Shown here in pieces: positions 31,966-41,368 of a stretch of 64,000 nt of DNA (position 1 is the stretch's first letter; each line of letters opens with the position of its first letter). The stretch spans positions 37,358 through 101,357 of the forward strand of contig JALHPF010000012.1 in NCBI GenBank assembly GCA_022842595.1. The letters run 5' to 3'. This stretch comes from Rubrivivax sp. (GTDB lineage Bacteria; Pseudomonadota; Gammaproteobacteria; Burkholderiales; Burkholderiaceae_C). A program made the translations under genes and the position numbers. The notes beneath the pieces are model-generated. The model made no database searches, was not told the DNA's origin, and saw only the letters and a program-made list of their open reading frames with translations.

Positions 31966-32823
31966 TCAAGCCCGCGCCACGGGTCGGGTGGGGTCACTGC
32001 ACCATTCGCTCCAGGAACCCGGGTACAGCTGCGCCACGCCCAGGCCGGCATGGGCCATCGCCAGCAGGTTGTGGCAGGCGGTGACGCCCGACCCGCATTG
32101 CTGCACCACGGGCTGCCCCGGCTGCAGCAGGGTGGCGAATTCGGCCCGCAGTTCAGCGGCGGGCTTGAAGCGGCCGTCGGCCTGCAGGTTCAGCTTGAAG
32201 AGGCGATTGACGGCGCCGGGGATGTGGCCGGCCACCGGGTCCAGCGGTTCGACTTCGCCGCGGTAGCGCTCGGGCGCGCGGGCGTCGATCAGCACCAGCT
32301 GGCCCAGCGCGGCCTGCAGTGCGGCGGCGTCGATGGTGGGCATGGCCGGGGCCTGGGTGGGGTAGGGCGGCTGCGGCTGGGCCACGCCCACTTCGTTGCT
32401 CAGGCTGCCACCGGCCGCGAGCCAGGCCGCCGTGCCGCCGTCCAGCACCGCCACGTCGGCATGCCCCAGCCACTGCAGCAGCCACCAGGCGCGCGCGGCG
32501 TAGGGGCCGCCCTGGGCGTCGTAAACGACCACCTGCACACCCGGCGCCAGGCCCCAGGCGCCGGCCGTGGCCGCCAGCTGGTCGCGCGCCGGCAGCGGGT
32601 GGCGGCCTCGCGACGGCTCGCCGGGCCCGGCCTTCGGGCCCGAGAGGTCGCGGTCGAGGTGCGCGTAGACCGCGCCGGGCAGGTGGCCTGCGGCATGGGC
32701 GCTCTCGCCGGCGGTGGCGTCGGCAAGGTCGAAGCTGCAGTCCAGCAGCACGACGGCGCGGCCCGCCGGGGTGGGCTGCGCCTGCAGGGCCATCAGGTCG
32801 GCGGCGGAAATCAGCGTTTGCAT
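31966..32823 (-). CDS. sseA: tandem-rhodanese sulfurtransferase (3-mercaptopyruvate/thiosulfate type)
   Basis: Internal ATG 32823 (MQTLISAADL...). Two rhodanese modules with GHLPGA and GHIPGA motifs, and active-site loop CGSGVTA. Confidence 0.8.
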   Translation of the reverse strand: MQTLISAADLMALQAQPTPAGRAVVLLDCSFDLADATAGESAHAAGHLPGAVYAHLDRDLSGPKAGPGEPSRGRHPLPARDQLAATAGAWGLAPGVQVVVYDAQGGPYAARAWWLLQWLGHADVAVLDGGTAAWLAAGGSLSNEVGVAQPQPPYPTQAPAMPTIDAAALQAALGQLVLIDARAPERYRGEVEPLDPVAGHIPGAVNRLFKLNLQADGRFKPAAELRAEFATLLQPGQPVVQQCGSGVTACHNLLAMAHAGLGVAQLYPGSWSEWCSDPTRPVARA

Positions 32824-32849
32824 CGGGTCGGGCTCCAGTTGGGGGCGAT

Positions 32850-33809
32850 TCAGGTGTCGCTGGCGGGTTTGTCGGCCTTCACGACCTTGTGGCGCAACAC
32901 GGTGGCGGCCAGCCCCGCCATCACGATCAAGGCCATGCCGGCCAGGGCCTGCAGCGTCACCGGGTCGTCGAACAGCCAGACACCGAGCGCGAAGGAAAAC
33001 ACGATGCCCATGTATTGCAGCGCCGAGTTCACCATGGCGCTGCCGATGGCGTAGGCCCGCGTCAACATCCATTGTGCGGCGGTGGCCAGCACGCCGATGC
33101 CCAGCAGCAGCGCCAGGCCCTCTGGCCGGTGGCTCGTCAGCGACCCCAGGGCGCCGCTGACGGCAGCCACCGCCAGCCCGGCGAGCAGGCCGCCCAGCGA
33201 GAAGTAGAAGACCACCCGTTCCTCCGGTTCGCCGGCGCGCCCGAGCGCGCTGACCTGCAGGTAGGCCATGGCCGCCAGCAGCCCCGACAGCAGGCCGCAC
33301 AGGCCGAACCAGAGCTGGTCCTGTTCGATGGTGGGCCGCAGCACCAGGGCCACGCCAGCAAAGCCCGCCAGCACCGAAGCCACCAGCCGGCCGTCGACGG
33401 TGTGGGTGCTGCCGGGTGCAGCCAGCAACACCGAGCCGCCGATCAGGAAGAGCGCGATCCACACCGACGACATGTAGTTCAGCGTCACCGCCGTGCCCAG
33501 CGGCAAGCCGCCGATGGCATAGAACCACAGGCACAGCGAGGTGACGCCCGACAGGCTGCGCCAGAAGTGCATGGCCGGCACCGGCGTGGCCAGCGCCACG
33601 CCGCGCAGCCGCATCACGCCAGCCATCAGCACCAAGCCCACGAGCGCGCGGAAGAAGACGATCTCGCCCGCGCCGTAGGTGCTGGACGCCAGCTTCACGC
33701 CGGCGCCCATCAGCGAGAACAGCAACGCTGCCCCCAGCATCAGCAGCGGCGCGCTGCGTTTCAGAGGCCAGGACCTTCGGCGGCCAGGCCCATCTCGCGG
33801 CGATACCAC
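32850..33809 (-). CDS. DMT superfamily (EamA-like) transporter
   Basis: Ten-TM-like profile and duplicated EamA pattern. Start is uncertain: the listed ATG overlaps the upstream gene by 49 nt, and ATG 33740 (MLGAALLF) is an alternative. Confidence 0.7.
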   Translation of the reverse strand: MVSPRDGPGRRRSWPLKRSAPLLMLGAALLFSLMGAGVKLASSTYGAGEIVFFRALVGLVLMAGVMRLRGVALATPVPAMHFWRSLSGVTSLCLWFYAIGGLPLGTAVTLNYMSSVWIALFLIGGSVLLAAPGSTHTVDGRLVASVLAGFAGVALVLRPTIEQDQLWFGLCGLLSGLLAAMAYLQVSALGRAGEPEERVVFYFSLGGLLAGLAVAAVSGALGSLTSHRPEGLALLLGIGVLATAAQWMLTRAYAIGSAMVNSALQYMGIVFSFALGVWLFDDPVTLQALAGMALIVMAGLAATVLRHKVVKADKPASDT

Positions 33810-34906
33810 TCGTGGAACTGCTGCATGCCGTCTTCCATCGGGCTCTGGTAGGGGCCGGCGTCGTCGTCACCACGCTCGAACAGGCATTGCCGTCCGGCGT
33901 CCATGCGCAGCGCGATCTCGTCGTCTTCCTTGCAGGTTTCCAGGTAGGCGGCCTGCTGGGCATCGACGAATTCGCGCTCGAAGGCGGTGATTTCCTCGGG
34001 GTAGAAGAACTCCACCAGATTGGTCGTCTTGCGCGGTCCGCGCGGGAACAGCGTGGACACCACCAGCACATGCGGGTACCACTCCACCATCACCGTGGGG
34101 TAGTACGTCAGCCAGATCGCGCCCTGGGTGGGCGGCACACCGTTGCGGTAGGCCAGCACGGCGTCGTGCCAGCGCTGATAGACGGCCGAGCCCGGCCGCT
34201 CGAGCGCATGCGCCACGCCCACGGTCTGCACCGAATGGTGGCGGCCGAATTCCCAGCGCAGGTCGTCGCAGGTGACGAACTGGCCCAGGCCGGGGTGGAA
34301 CGGGCCGACGTGGTAGTCCTCGAGGTAGACCTCGATGAAGGTCTTCCAGTTGTAGTCGCACTCGTGCATGTGCGCGCGGTCGAAGACATAGCCGCTGAAG
34401 TCGAGTTCGGCCTGGGGGCCGAGCTTGGCCAGATCCCCGACGACATCGCGGCCGTTGTGTTCGAACAACAGGCCATGCCAGTTCTGGACAGGGTAGTTGC
34501 GCAGGTTCAGGCAGGGGTCCTGCGGGAAATGCGGCGCACCGACCAGGCGGCCATGCAGGTCGTAGGTCCAGCGGTGCAACGGGCAGACGATGTGACCGGC
34601 CTGCGCCTGATTGACGCGTGTCGTGCCCCGGCCTTGCAGCATCACCGCCTGGCGGTGGCGGCAGACGTTCGAGACGAGTTCGACCCCGTCGCGGGTGTGC
34701 ACCAGTGCACGGCCCTCGCTTTCCTGGGGCAGGGCGAGATAGTCACCCACCTCGGGCACTGCCAGGGCGTGGCCCAGGTAACGCGGGCCATGCTGCAGCA
34801 CGAGTTCCTGTTCCCTGCGGAACAGCGCCTCGTCGAAGTAACTGGAAACCGGGAGTTGTGAACGACTGCGTTCGAGAGCTTGGAGACTGAGGCTCAGGTC
34901 CGACAT
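33761..34906 (-). CDS. Rieske [2Fe-2S] non-heme-iron oxygenase, alpha-subunit type
   Basis: Rieske motif CRHRQ...CPLHRW followed by a mononuclear-iron catalytic domain (DYHVGPFHPG). Start is the internal ATG 34906 (MSDLSLSLQ...). Confidence 0.8.
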   Translation of the reverse strand: MSDLSLSLQALERSRSQLPVSSYFDEALFRREQELVLQHGPRYLGHALAVPEVGDYLALPQESEGRALVHTRDGVELVSNVCRHRQAVMLQGRGTTRVNQAQAGHIVCPLHRWTYDLHGRLVGAPHFPQDPCLNLRNYPVQNWHGLLFEHNGRDVVGDLAKLGPQAELDFSGYVFDRAHMHECDYNWKTFIEVYLEDYHVGPFHPGLGQFVTCDDLRWEFGRHHSVQTVGVAHALERPGSAVYQRWHDAVLAYRNGVPPTQGAIWLTYYPTVMVEWYPHVLVVSTLFPRGPRKTTNLVEFFYPEEITAFEREFVDAQQAAYLETCKEDDEIALRMDAGRQCLFERGDDDAGPYQSPMEDGMQQFHEWYRREMGLAAEGPGL

Positions 34907-35186
34907 GATCCGGCTGGATCCTCCATGGATGGACATCGACCCCGCCACCCGGTGGCCCTGCGGGTGGCTAAAGAACCTGGCATCCGGGGCTTCACCCCAG
35001 GCGCCAGACAAATGCCAGCGCGGTTGGCCGCTGGCAGGGGCGCGATTCTACGCACTGGGGGTGTGGGCGCCGCCCGACAGGCCGTCCCCGTGACGCGGGC
35101 TTGTCGCCGCAGTCAATCTAGGCGAGCGTGCTTCGTGACACCCCGGCCCTTTGTCTAGAATGGGTGTCGAAATTTCACCTTCTGAA

Positions 35187-35432
35187 ATGACCCGAAGTAC
35201 TGCTGCCGCGAAGACCGCACCGCCCGCCCCTGTCACCTACGAACAGGCATTGGCTGAATTGGACCGTCTGGTGCAGCAGATGGAAGGCGGGCAACTGCCG
35301 TTGGACGAACTGCTCGACGGCTACCGCCGCGGCGCCGAACTCCTGGCCCTCTGCCGCGGCAAGCTGCAGACCGTCGACGATCAGGTGAAGCTGCTCGAAG
35401 ACGGCCAGCTCAAGACCTGGGCGCCGGAATGA
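35187..35432 (+). CDS. xseB: exodeoxyribonuclease VII small subunit
   Basis: TYEQALAELDRLVQQMEGGQLPLDELL...C....L pattern. ATGA overlap with ispA. The start could also be 35160 or 35151. Confidence 0.8.
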   Translation: MTRSTAAAKTAPPAPVTYEQALAELDRLVQQMEGGQLPLDELLDGYRRGAELLALCRGKLQTVDDQVKLLEDGQLKTWAPE

Positions 35433-36319
35433 ACGACCTTGAATTCGGCGCCTGGGCTGCAGCCCGGCAGCAGGCCGTGGAAGCCGCGCTCGACAGCTGG
35501 GTGCCTGCCGACGCGCCCGCTGGCCTGGGCCTTGCCATGCGCTACGGCGTGCTCGACGGCGGCAAGCGCCTGCGGCCACTGCTCGTGCTGGCCGCATGCG
35601 CCGCGCTCGACGGCCAGGCCGAGGCGGCGCTGCGGGCGGCGGTGGCGGTGGAACTCATCCACGCCTATTCGCTGGTTCACGACGACATGCCCTGCATGGA
35701 CAACGACGTGCTGCGCCGAGGCAAGCCCACCGTGCACGTGAAGTTCGGCGAGGCTCAGGCCATGCTGGCTGGCGACGCGATGCAGGCCCTGGCCTTCGAG
35801 GTGCTCACCCCCGACAGCGGCGTCGAGCCGGCCCTGCAGGCACGCCTGGTGTCGCTGCTGGCGCGCGCTGCCGGCCACCCCGGCATGGCCGGCGGGCAGG
35901 CCATCGACCTGGCCAGCATCGGCCGCACGCTCGACGAAGCCGCGCTGCGCGACATGCACCGCCGCAAGACCGGCGCGCTGCTCGAAGCCAGCGTGCTGAT
36001 GGGCGCAGCCTGTGGCCGCCCCGACGCCGCGGTCTGGCAGGCCCTGTCGGAATACGGCGCAGCCATCGGCCTGGCCTTCCAGGTCGTCGACGACATCCTC
36101 GACGTCACCCAGGCCTCCGAGACGCTGGGCAAGACAGCCGGCAAGGACGTCGACCACAACAAACCCACCTATGTCTCGGTGCTGGGCCTGGACGCCGCGC
36201 GGCGCCATGCCGACGCCCTGTGCAGCCAGGCCCATGCCGCGCTGGCCCGCAGCGGCCTGGGCGCACGTGCCGGCGCGCTGGCCGTGCTGGCCGACAAAGT
36301 AGTGCAGAGAGAAAACTGA
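35429..36319 (+). CDS. ispA: farnesyl diphosphate synthase (polyprenyl synthetase)
   Basis: First Asp-rich motif [12 protein letters not shown] and second Asp-rich motif FQVVDDILD. Confidence 0.9.
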   Translation: MNDLEFGAWAAARQQAVEAALDSWVPADAPAGLGLAMRYGVLDGGKRLRPLLVLAACAALDGQAEAALRAAVAVELIHAYSLVHDDMPCMDNDVLRRGKPTVHVKFGEAQAMLAGDAMQALAFEVLTPDSGVEPALQARLVSLLARAAGHPGMAGGQAIDLASIGRTLDEAALRDMHRRKTGALLEASVLMGAACGRPDAAVWQALSEYGAAIGLAFQVVDDILDVTQASETLGKTAGKDVDHNKPTYVSVLGLDAARRHADALCSQAHAALARSGLGARAGALAVLADKVVQREN

Positions 36320-36321
36320 AG

Positions 36322-38247
36322 ATGGACACTCCCACGCTGCTCAGCCGCATCGACAGCCCCGCCGACATGAAGCGGCTGTCGCGCTCAGAACTGCGCCAGC
36401 TCTGCACCGAAGTGCGCGACTTCGTGCTGCAGACCGTCAGCCAGACCGGCGGCCACCTGGGCAGCAACCTCGGCACCGTGGAACTGACGGTGGCCCTGCA
36501 TCATGTCTTCAACACCCCGCATGACCGGCTGGTCTGGGACGTGGGCCACCAGACCTACCCGCACAAGATCCTCACGGGCCGCCGCGACCGCATGCACACG
36601 CTGCGCCAGCAAGGCGGCATCGCCGGCTTCCCGCGCCGCGACGAGAGCGAATACGACACCTTCGGCACGGCCCACAGCAGCACCAGCATCAGTGCGGCGC
36701 TGGGCATGGCCATCGGCGCGCGCCTGAAGGGCGAGGATCGCAAGGCGATTGCCGTCATCGGCGACGGCGCCATGAGCGCCGGCATGGCCTTCGAAGCCTT
36801 GAACAACGCGGGTGTCGCGCACGCCGGCATCAGCGCCGACATCCTCGTCATCCTGAACGACAACGACATGTCGATCAGCCCGCCCGTGGGCGCGCTGAAC
36901 AAGTACCTGGCGCGCCTGATGAGCGGCAACTTCTACGAGGCCGCACGCCAGGGCGTGAAGGGCGTGCTGAAGAACGCGCCGCCGCTTTTCGAACTGGCCA
37001 GACGCTTCGAAGAGCACGCGAAGGGCATGGTCGTGCCCGGCACCATCTTCGAGGAATTCGGCTTCAACTACGTCGGCCCGATCGACGGCCACGACCTCGA
37101 CGCGCTGATTCCCACGCTGGAAAACCTGCGCGGCCGCCGCGGCCCGCAGTTCCTGCATGTCGTCACGAAGAAGGGCTATGGCTACCGCCTGGCCGAGGCC
37201 GACCCGGTGAAGTACCACGCCGCGTCGGCACGCTTCAACCCGGCCGAGGGCTTCCCGCCCAGCAAGCCCGGCAAGCCCACCTTCACCCAGGTCTTCGGCC
37301 AGTGGCTGTGCGACATGGCAGACGCCGACGAACGCCTGGTCGGCATCACCCCGGCCATGCGCGAGGGCTCGGGCATGGTCGACTTCCACAAGCGCTTCCC
37401 ACAGCGCTACCACGACGTCGGCATCGCCGAGCAGCATGCCGTCACCTTCGCCGCCGGCCTGGCCTGCGAAGGGCTGAAGCCGGTCGTGGCGATCTACAGC
37501 ACCTTCCTGCAGCGCGGCTACGACCAGCTCATCCACGACGTCGCCATCCAGAACCTGCCGGTCATGTTCGCGCTGGACCGGGCCGGCATCGTCGGGGCCG
37601 ACGGGCCCACCCATGCCGGCCTGTACGACATCGCCTACATCCGCTGCGTCCCGAACTGCGCGCTGCTGGCGCCCAGCGACGAGAACGAATGCCGCCAGGC
37701 GCTGACCACCGCCTTCCGCCACGACGGCCCGGCTGCCGTGCGTTATCCGCGCGGCAGCGGCGCCGGTGTGGCCATCGAAACCGCACTGACCGCCTGGCCC
37801 TGGGGCAAGGGCGTGGTGCGGCGCAGCGCCACGAACCCGGCCATGGCCGAACGCCACGGCCAGCCGCGCATCGGCATCCTGGCCTTCGGCACCCTGCTGC
37901 ATGCGGCGCTGGCGGCGGCCGAATCGCTGGACGCCACCGTCGCCGACATGCGTTTCATCAAGCCGCTCGACGCCGAGCTGGTGCTGCAGCTGGCGCGCAG
38001 CTGTGACGCGCTGGTCACGGTGGAAGAAGGCTGCACGATGGGGGGTGCCGGCAGTGCCGTGGCCGAATGCCTGGCAGCGGCTGGCGTGGCCACGCCGCTG
38101 CTGGTGCTGGGCCTGCCCGACATCTTCACCGAACATGGCGAACCGGCGCGGCTGATGGCGATGTACGGCCTGGACGCGGCCGGCATCGAGAAGTCGATCC
38201 GCCAGCGTTTTGTCCTGCGGCCCACCCTGGCCGCGGTGAACTCCTGA
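36322..38247 (+). CDS. dxs: 1-deoxy-D-xylulose-5-phosphate synthase
   Basis: Internal ATG 36322. Motifs [37 protein letters not shown] and [16 protein letters not shown] (TPP binding). Confidence 0.95.
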   Translation: MDTPTLLSRIDSPADMKRLSRSELRQLCTEVRDFVLQTVSQTGGHLGSNLGTVELTVALHHVFNTPHDRLVWDVGHQTYPHKILTGRRDRMHTLRQQGGIAGFPRRDESEYDTFGTAHSSTSISAALGMAIGARLKGEDRKAIAVIGDGAMSAGMAFEALNNAGVAHAGISADILVILNDNDMSISPPVGALNKYLARLMSGNFYEAARQGVKGVLKNAPPLFELARRFEEHAKGMVVPGTIFEEFGFNYVGPIDGHDLDALIPTLENLRGRRGPQFLHVVTKKGYGYRLAEADPVKYHAASARFNPAEGFPPSKPGKPTFTQVFGQWLCDMADADERLVGITPAMREGSGMVDFHKRFPQRYHDVGIAEQHAVTFAAGLACEGLKPVVAIYSTFLQRGYDQLIHDVAIQNLPVMFALDRAGIVGADGPTHAGLYDIAYIRCVPNCALLAPSDENECRQALTTAFRHDGPAAVRYPRGSGAGVAIETALTAWPWGKGVVRRSATNPAMAERHGQPRIGILAFGTLLHAALAAAESLDATVADMRFIKPLDAELVLQLARSCDALVTVEEGCTMGGAGSAVAECLAAAGVATPLLVLGLPDIFTEHGEPARLMAMYGLDAAGIEKSIRQRFVLRPTLAAVNS

Positions 38248-38331
38248 CCAGCGCCCTTCAAACGCTTCGAACGGCGTCGTGACACCCTCGCGACGACGCG
38301 GGCACGGTGTCCATGCGATGCTCCGCCTGCC

Positions 38332-39132
38332 ATGAACATGCTCACCGACGCCCTGCACATCCCCGACACCCAAAGCGCGCGCGACGAACGCCATCTGGCC
38401 ATCCAGCGTGTCGGCGTGAAGGACGTGCGCTACCCGCTCAGCCTTCGTGTGGCCGGACAGGTGCAGCAGACGGCGGCGCAATGGTCGCTGGACGTGGCGC
38501 TGCCGGCCGAGCAGAAGGGCACGCACATGTCGCGCTTCATTGCCTGGCTGGACGCCCTGGCGCTGTCGGGCGATGCGCTGGACGCAGCCGGCCTGCACGA
38601 ACGCCATGCGCTGATGCTGGCCAAGCTGGGCGCTTCTGAGGGCCGCATCGAAGCTGCCTTCAGCTTCTTCCTGCGCAAGCGCGCACCGGTTTCGGGCGTG
38701 CAGAGCCTGCTCGACTATCAAGGCCGCTTCGTCGCCGAAACACGCGCTGGCGCGACCACGGTGTTCACCGAAGTGGCCGTGCCGGTGAAGAGCCTGTGCC
38801 CGTGCTCGAAGGAAATCTCCGACTACGGCGCGCACAACCAGCGGTCACTGGTGACGCTGCGCGTGGAAGCCCTGCAGCCGGTCGAATGGCACGAACTCGT
38901 GCGCTTCGCCGAGGACGAGGCCAGCAGCGAGATTTGGCCGATGCTCAAGCGGGCCGACGAGAAGTGGGTCACCGAGCGTGCCTACGAGAACCCCAAGTTC
39001 GTCGAGGACCTGGTGCGCGACGTGGCGCTGCGGCTGAACGCCGACCCGCGCATCGGCCGCTACACGGTCGACGTGGAGAACTTCGAGTCCATCCACAACC
39101 ACAGCGCCTACGCGCGCATCGAGCGCGCCTAG
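38332..39132 (+). CDS. folE2: GTP cyclohydrolase FolE2 (type IB)
   Basis: KGTHMSRF and SLCPCSKEISDYGAHNQRS motifs. Confidence 0.85.
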   Translation: MNMLTDALHIPDTQSARDERHLAIQRVGVKDVRYPLSLRVAGQVQQTAAQWSLDVALPAEQKGTHMSRFIAWLDALALSGDALDAAGLHERHALMLAKLGASEGRIEAAFSFFLRKRAPVSGVQSLLDYQGRFVAETRAGATTVFTEVAVPVKSLCPCSKEISDYGAHNQRSLVTLRVEALQPVEWHELVRFAEDEASSEIWPMLKRADEKWVTERAYENPKFVEDLVRDVALRLNADPRIGRYTVDVENFESIHNHSAYARIERA

Positions 39133-39175
39133 TTCGTTTTCGCGCGCATCGACGGCGCCTGAGGCATCCCCGGCT

Positions 39176-39961
39176 TCACTTCTTCGCCGGCTCGGCGCCG
39201 TAGATGTCGAAGCTGAAGTACTGGTCGTTCAGCTTCTTGTAGGTGCCGTCCGCGCGAATCGCCGCGAGCGCGCCGTTGATCGCCTCGCGCAGCGCCGTCT
39301 CGCCCTTGCGCATGGCGATGCCGGCGCCCGTGCCGAAGAAGGCCGGGTCGTCGTAGACCGGACCCTTGAATGCGAAGCCCTTGCCGGCCGGCGTCTTCAG
39401 GAAACCCTGTTCGAGCGCCACGGAATCGGCCAGGGTCGCGTCCAGCCGGCCGGCGATGAGGTCCAGGAAGATCTCGTCCTGCTTGGCATAGCGCACGATC
39501 TTGGCGCCCTTGAAGGTGGCCGTGGCATAGCGGTCGTGGATGGTGGTGCGTTGCACGCCCAGCGCCTTGCCCTGCAGCCCGGCGGGTGTGCCGTCGAAAC
39601 CGGCATCGGCGCGCGCGACGACGCGGGCGGGCGTGTTGTAGTACTTGTCGGAGAAGTCCACCACCTTCTGGCGTTCCGGGGTGATCGACATCGAAGCCAC
39701 GATGACGTCGAACTTCTTCGCCCGCAGCGCAGGAATCAGGGCGTCGAACTCGGTCTGCACGAACTGGCAGCGGGTTTTCAGGCGCGCGCAGACGGCCGTG
39801 GCGATGTCGATGTCGAAACCCTTCAGTTTGCCGTCGGGCCCGAGTTCGCTGAAGGGTGGGTACGAAGCTTCGGCGGCGACGCGCAGCGGGTTGGGCACCT
39901 GGGCGGCGACGGGCAGGGCCAGGACGGCGGCCAGCAGCGCAGTGGCGAGCGGTTTGAACAT
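39176..39961 (-). CDS. periplasmic basic amino-acid (Lys/Arg/Orn/His-type) binding protein
   Basis: Internal ATG 39961 gives signal peptide MFKPLATALLAAVLALPVAAQ. Family-3 SBP motifs YPPFSELGPDGKLKGFDIDIA and DVIVASMSITPERQ. Confidence 0.85.
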   Translation of the reverse strand: MFKPLATALLAAVLALPVAAQVPNPLRVAAEASYPPFSELGPDGKLKGFDIDIATAVCARLKTRCQFVQTEFDALIPALRAKKFDVIVASMSITPERQKVVDFSDKYYNTPARVVARADAGFDGTPAGLQGKALGVQRTTIHDRYATATFKGAKIVRYAKQDEIFLDLIAGRLDATLADSVALEQGFLKTPAGKGFAFKGPVYDDPAFFGTGAGIAMRKGETALREAINGALAAIRADGTYKKLNDQYFSFDIYGAEPAKK

Positions 39962-40187
39962 GGTGTCGGTTTCGTGACGGATGGCAAGTTGCTCACGATA
40001 AGCCAAGGTGCCGCCGTGGCCCGCCGTGCGTTCCTTCACGGCTGTCAGCGCGTGTAGGAATTTGCCTGACAAGACAGGGAGAACAACCGGGACTGAAGCG
40101 ACGGAACTGGCCTGATGTGACAGCGCATTTCCGGCGCCTACAGTCTGTTTCACACCTTGCCACCCCGCACCCACCCCGGAGTCACTC

Positions 40188-40511
40188 ATGAGCCCAGAAC
40201 AAATCCTCGCCGAAATCCGTGAAGCCAACCTGTCGTACCTGATGCTGGCACAAAGCCTCATCCGCAGCGACCGTGAACAGGCCCTGTATCGGCTGGGTGT
40301 TTCGGAAGAAACGGCGGTGCTGATCGACGCGCTGACGCCGGCGCAGATGATGAAGATCTCGGGCGGCAGCACCCTGCTGTGCCGCTTCCGCATGGACGAC
40401 GACATCGTCTGGAACCTGCTGACGAGCCATGGCAAGGGCGCCGCCAACGACGGCCTGAGCCGTCTGCACGCGTCGATCCTGCTGGCCGGCCGCCACCGCG
40501 AAGCCGCCTGA
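40188..40511 (+). CDS. flhD: flagellar master regulator subunit FlhD
   Basis: ILAEIREANLSYLMLAQSLIRSDREQALYRLGVSEE...LCRFR. GGAG lies 7 nt upstream of the start. Confidence 0.9.
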   Translation: MSPEQILAEIREANLSYLMLAQSLIRSDREQALYRLGVSEETAVLIDALTPAQMMKISGGSTLLCRFRMDDDIVWNLLTSHGKGAANDGLSRLHASILLAGRHREAA

Positions 40512-40565
40512 CCCTGCTTCACCCAGCCCGACCCGCCAGACCCCAGAACAGATCAGGAGAACCCC

Positions 40566-41168
40566 ATGGCCCGCAACAAGAGCATCCTCACCGAAGCCAA
40601 GCAGATCGAACGCGCCGTCACGCTCATTCACCTGGGCGCGCGTCTGCAGGTGCTGGAAAGCGAAACCGACCTGAGCTACGAGCGCCTGTTGCGCCTGTAC
40701 AAGGAAGTGGCGGGCAAGAGCCCGAGCAAGGGCCAGCTGCCGTTCTCCACCGACTGGTTCATGACCTGGCAGCCGAACATCCATTCGAGCCTGTTCCTGA
40801 ACATCCACGAGTACCTGAACAAGGCCGCGGCGCTGGACGAGATCGACAACGTCATCAAGGCCTACCAGCTGTACAGCGAACAGATCCAGGCCCATGGGCT
40901 GGAGCCGCTGCTCAGCGTCACCCGCGCCTGGCGCCTGGTGAAGTTCGTCGACAACGGCATGCTGACGATGACCGAGTGCAGCAAGTGTGGCGGCCACTTC
41001 GTCACCCACCCGCACGAGATGGCGCGCCACTTCGTCTGCGGCCTGTGCAACCCGCCGGCGCGGGCAGGCAAGGGCAAGCTGGCCGGTTCGCTGCAGCTCG
41101 GGCGCAGCGCCCGCGACAGCGACTGTGAAGATGTTCACGCCGCGGCCCCGTCCCTGCACGCCCACTGA
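40566..41168 (+). CDS. flhC: flagellar master regulator subunit FlhC
   Basis: KSILTEAKQIERAVTLIHLGARLQVLESET... and zinc-site cysteines CSKCGGHF...CGLC. Confidence 0.9.
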   Translation: MARNKSILTEAKQIERAVTLIHLGARLQVLESETDLSYERLLRLYKEVAGKSPSKGQLPFSTDWFMTWQPNIHSSLFLNIHEYLNKAAALDEIDNVIKAYQLYSEQIQAHGLEPLLSVTRAWRLVKFVDNGMLTMTECSKCGGHFVTHPHEMARHFVCGLCNPPARAGKGKLAGSLQLGRSARDSDCEDVHAAAPSLHAH

Positions 41169-41190
41169 ACCTTCGTCGGCTTTCCCGGCC

Positions 41191-41218
41191 TCAAGCCTCG
41201 GGGCCCGGCGGCCGATAA
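41191..41218 (+). promoter_or_regulatory. sigma28 (FliA)-type promoter-like element
   Basis: TCAAG-N15-GCCGATAA, 23 nt after the flhC stop. The same word pair recurs four more times at flagellar gene 5' ends in this window. Confidence 0.45.
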
Positions 41219-41225
41219 GCCACTT

Positions 41226-41296
41226 GTACCGATTGCATGTCTCCTCCTGGCACAGTACTCTGTGCTTTCAACGGGCCCGATGGGCCCGTTTTTTTT
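41226..41296 (+). ncRNA. candidate sigma28-dependent small RNA (about 70 nt, predicted only)
   Basis: Runs from the expected TSS, about 7 nt after the -10 element, to the terminator. Contains the tctcctcc tract (41240-41247), hairpin GCACAG-tact-CTGTGC (41250-41265), and a terminator stem plus T8. No ORF. There is no expression evidence. Confidence 0.35.
41270..41296 (+). terminator. Rho-independent terminator downstream of flhC
   Basis: aaCGGGCCCgatGGGCCCGtt followed by eight T's in total (41289-41296). Confidence 0.8.
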
Positions 41297-41332
41297 GGTC
41301 GAGGCGTTGTCAGCGCGCACCGCGAGCCATCA

Positions 41333-41359
41333 TCAAGTCTGGGTCCGGCCGACCGATAA
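41333..41359 (+). promoter_or_regulatory. sigma28-type promoter-like element upstream of the HD-GYP-like gene
   Basis: TCAAG-N14-ACCGATAA, ending 10 nt before the first ATG of the ORF. Confidence 0.45.
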
Positions 41360-41368
41360 CCGAGGGGC

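Noticed and set aside
38248-38331. Looked for a Zur-type AT-rich palindrome upstream of folE2, which is often zinc-regulated
   Set aside because: No AT-rich palindrome is present. There is only an imperfect GC-rich inverted repeat (GACACC...GGTGTC) that may be a dxs 3' hairpin. No claim is made.
36385-38835. 816-aa ORF antisense to dxs and folE2
   Set aside because: It is opposite two genes with unambiguous motifs. It shows low-complexity Arg/Ala/Gly/His composition and no motif, so it is a high-GC artefact.
41248-41266. sigma54-like TGGCAC word (cTGGCACagtacTCTGTGC) downstream of flhC
   Set aside because: The -12 part is TCTG rather than TTGC at the required spacing. The sequence is fully explained as the GCACAG/CTGTGC hairpin of the candidate sRNA/terminator region.
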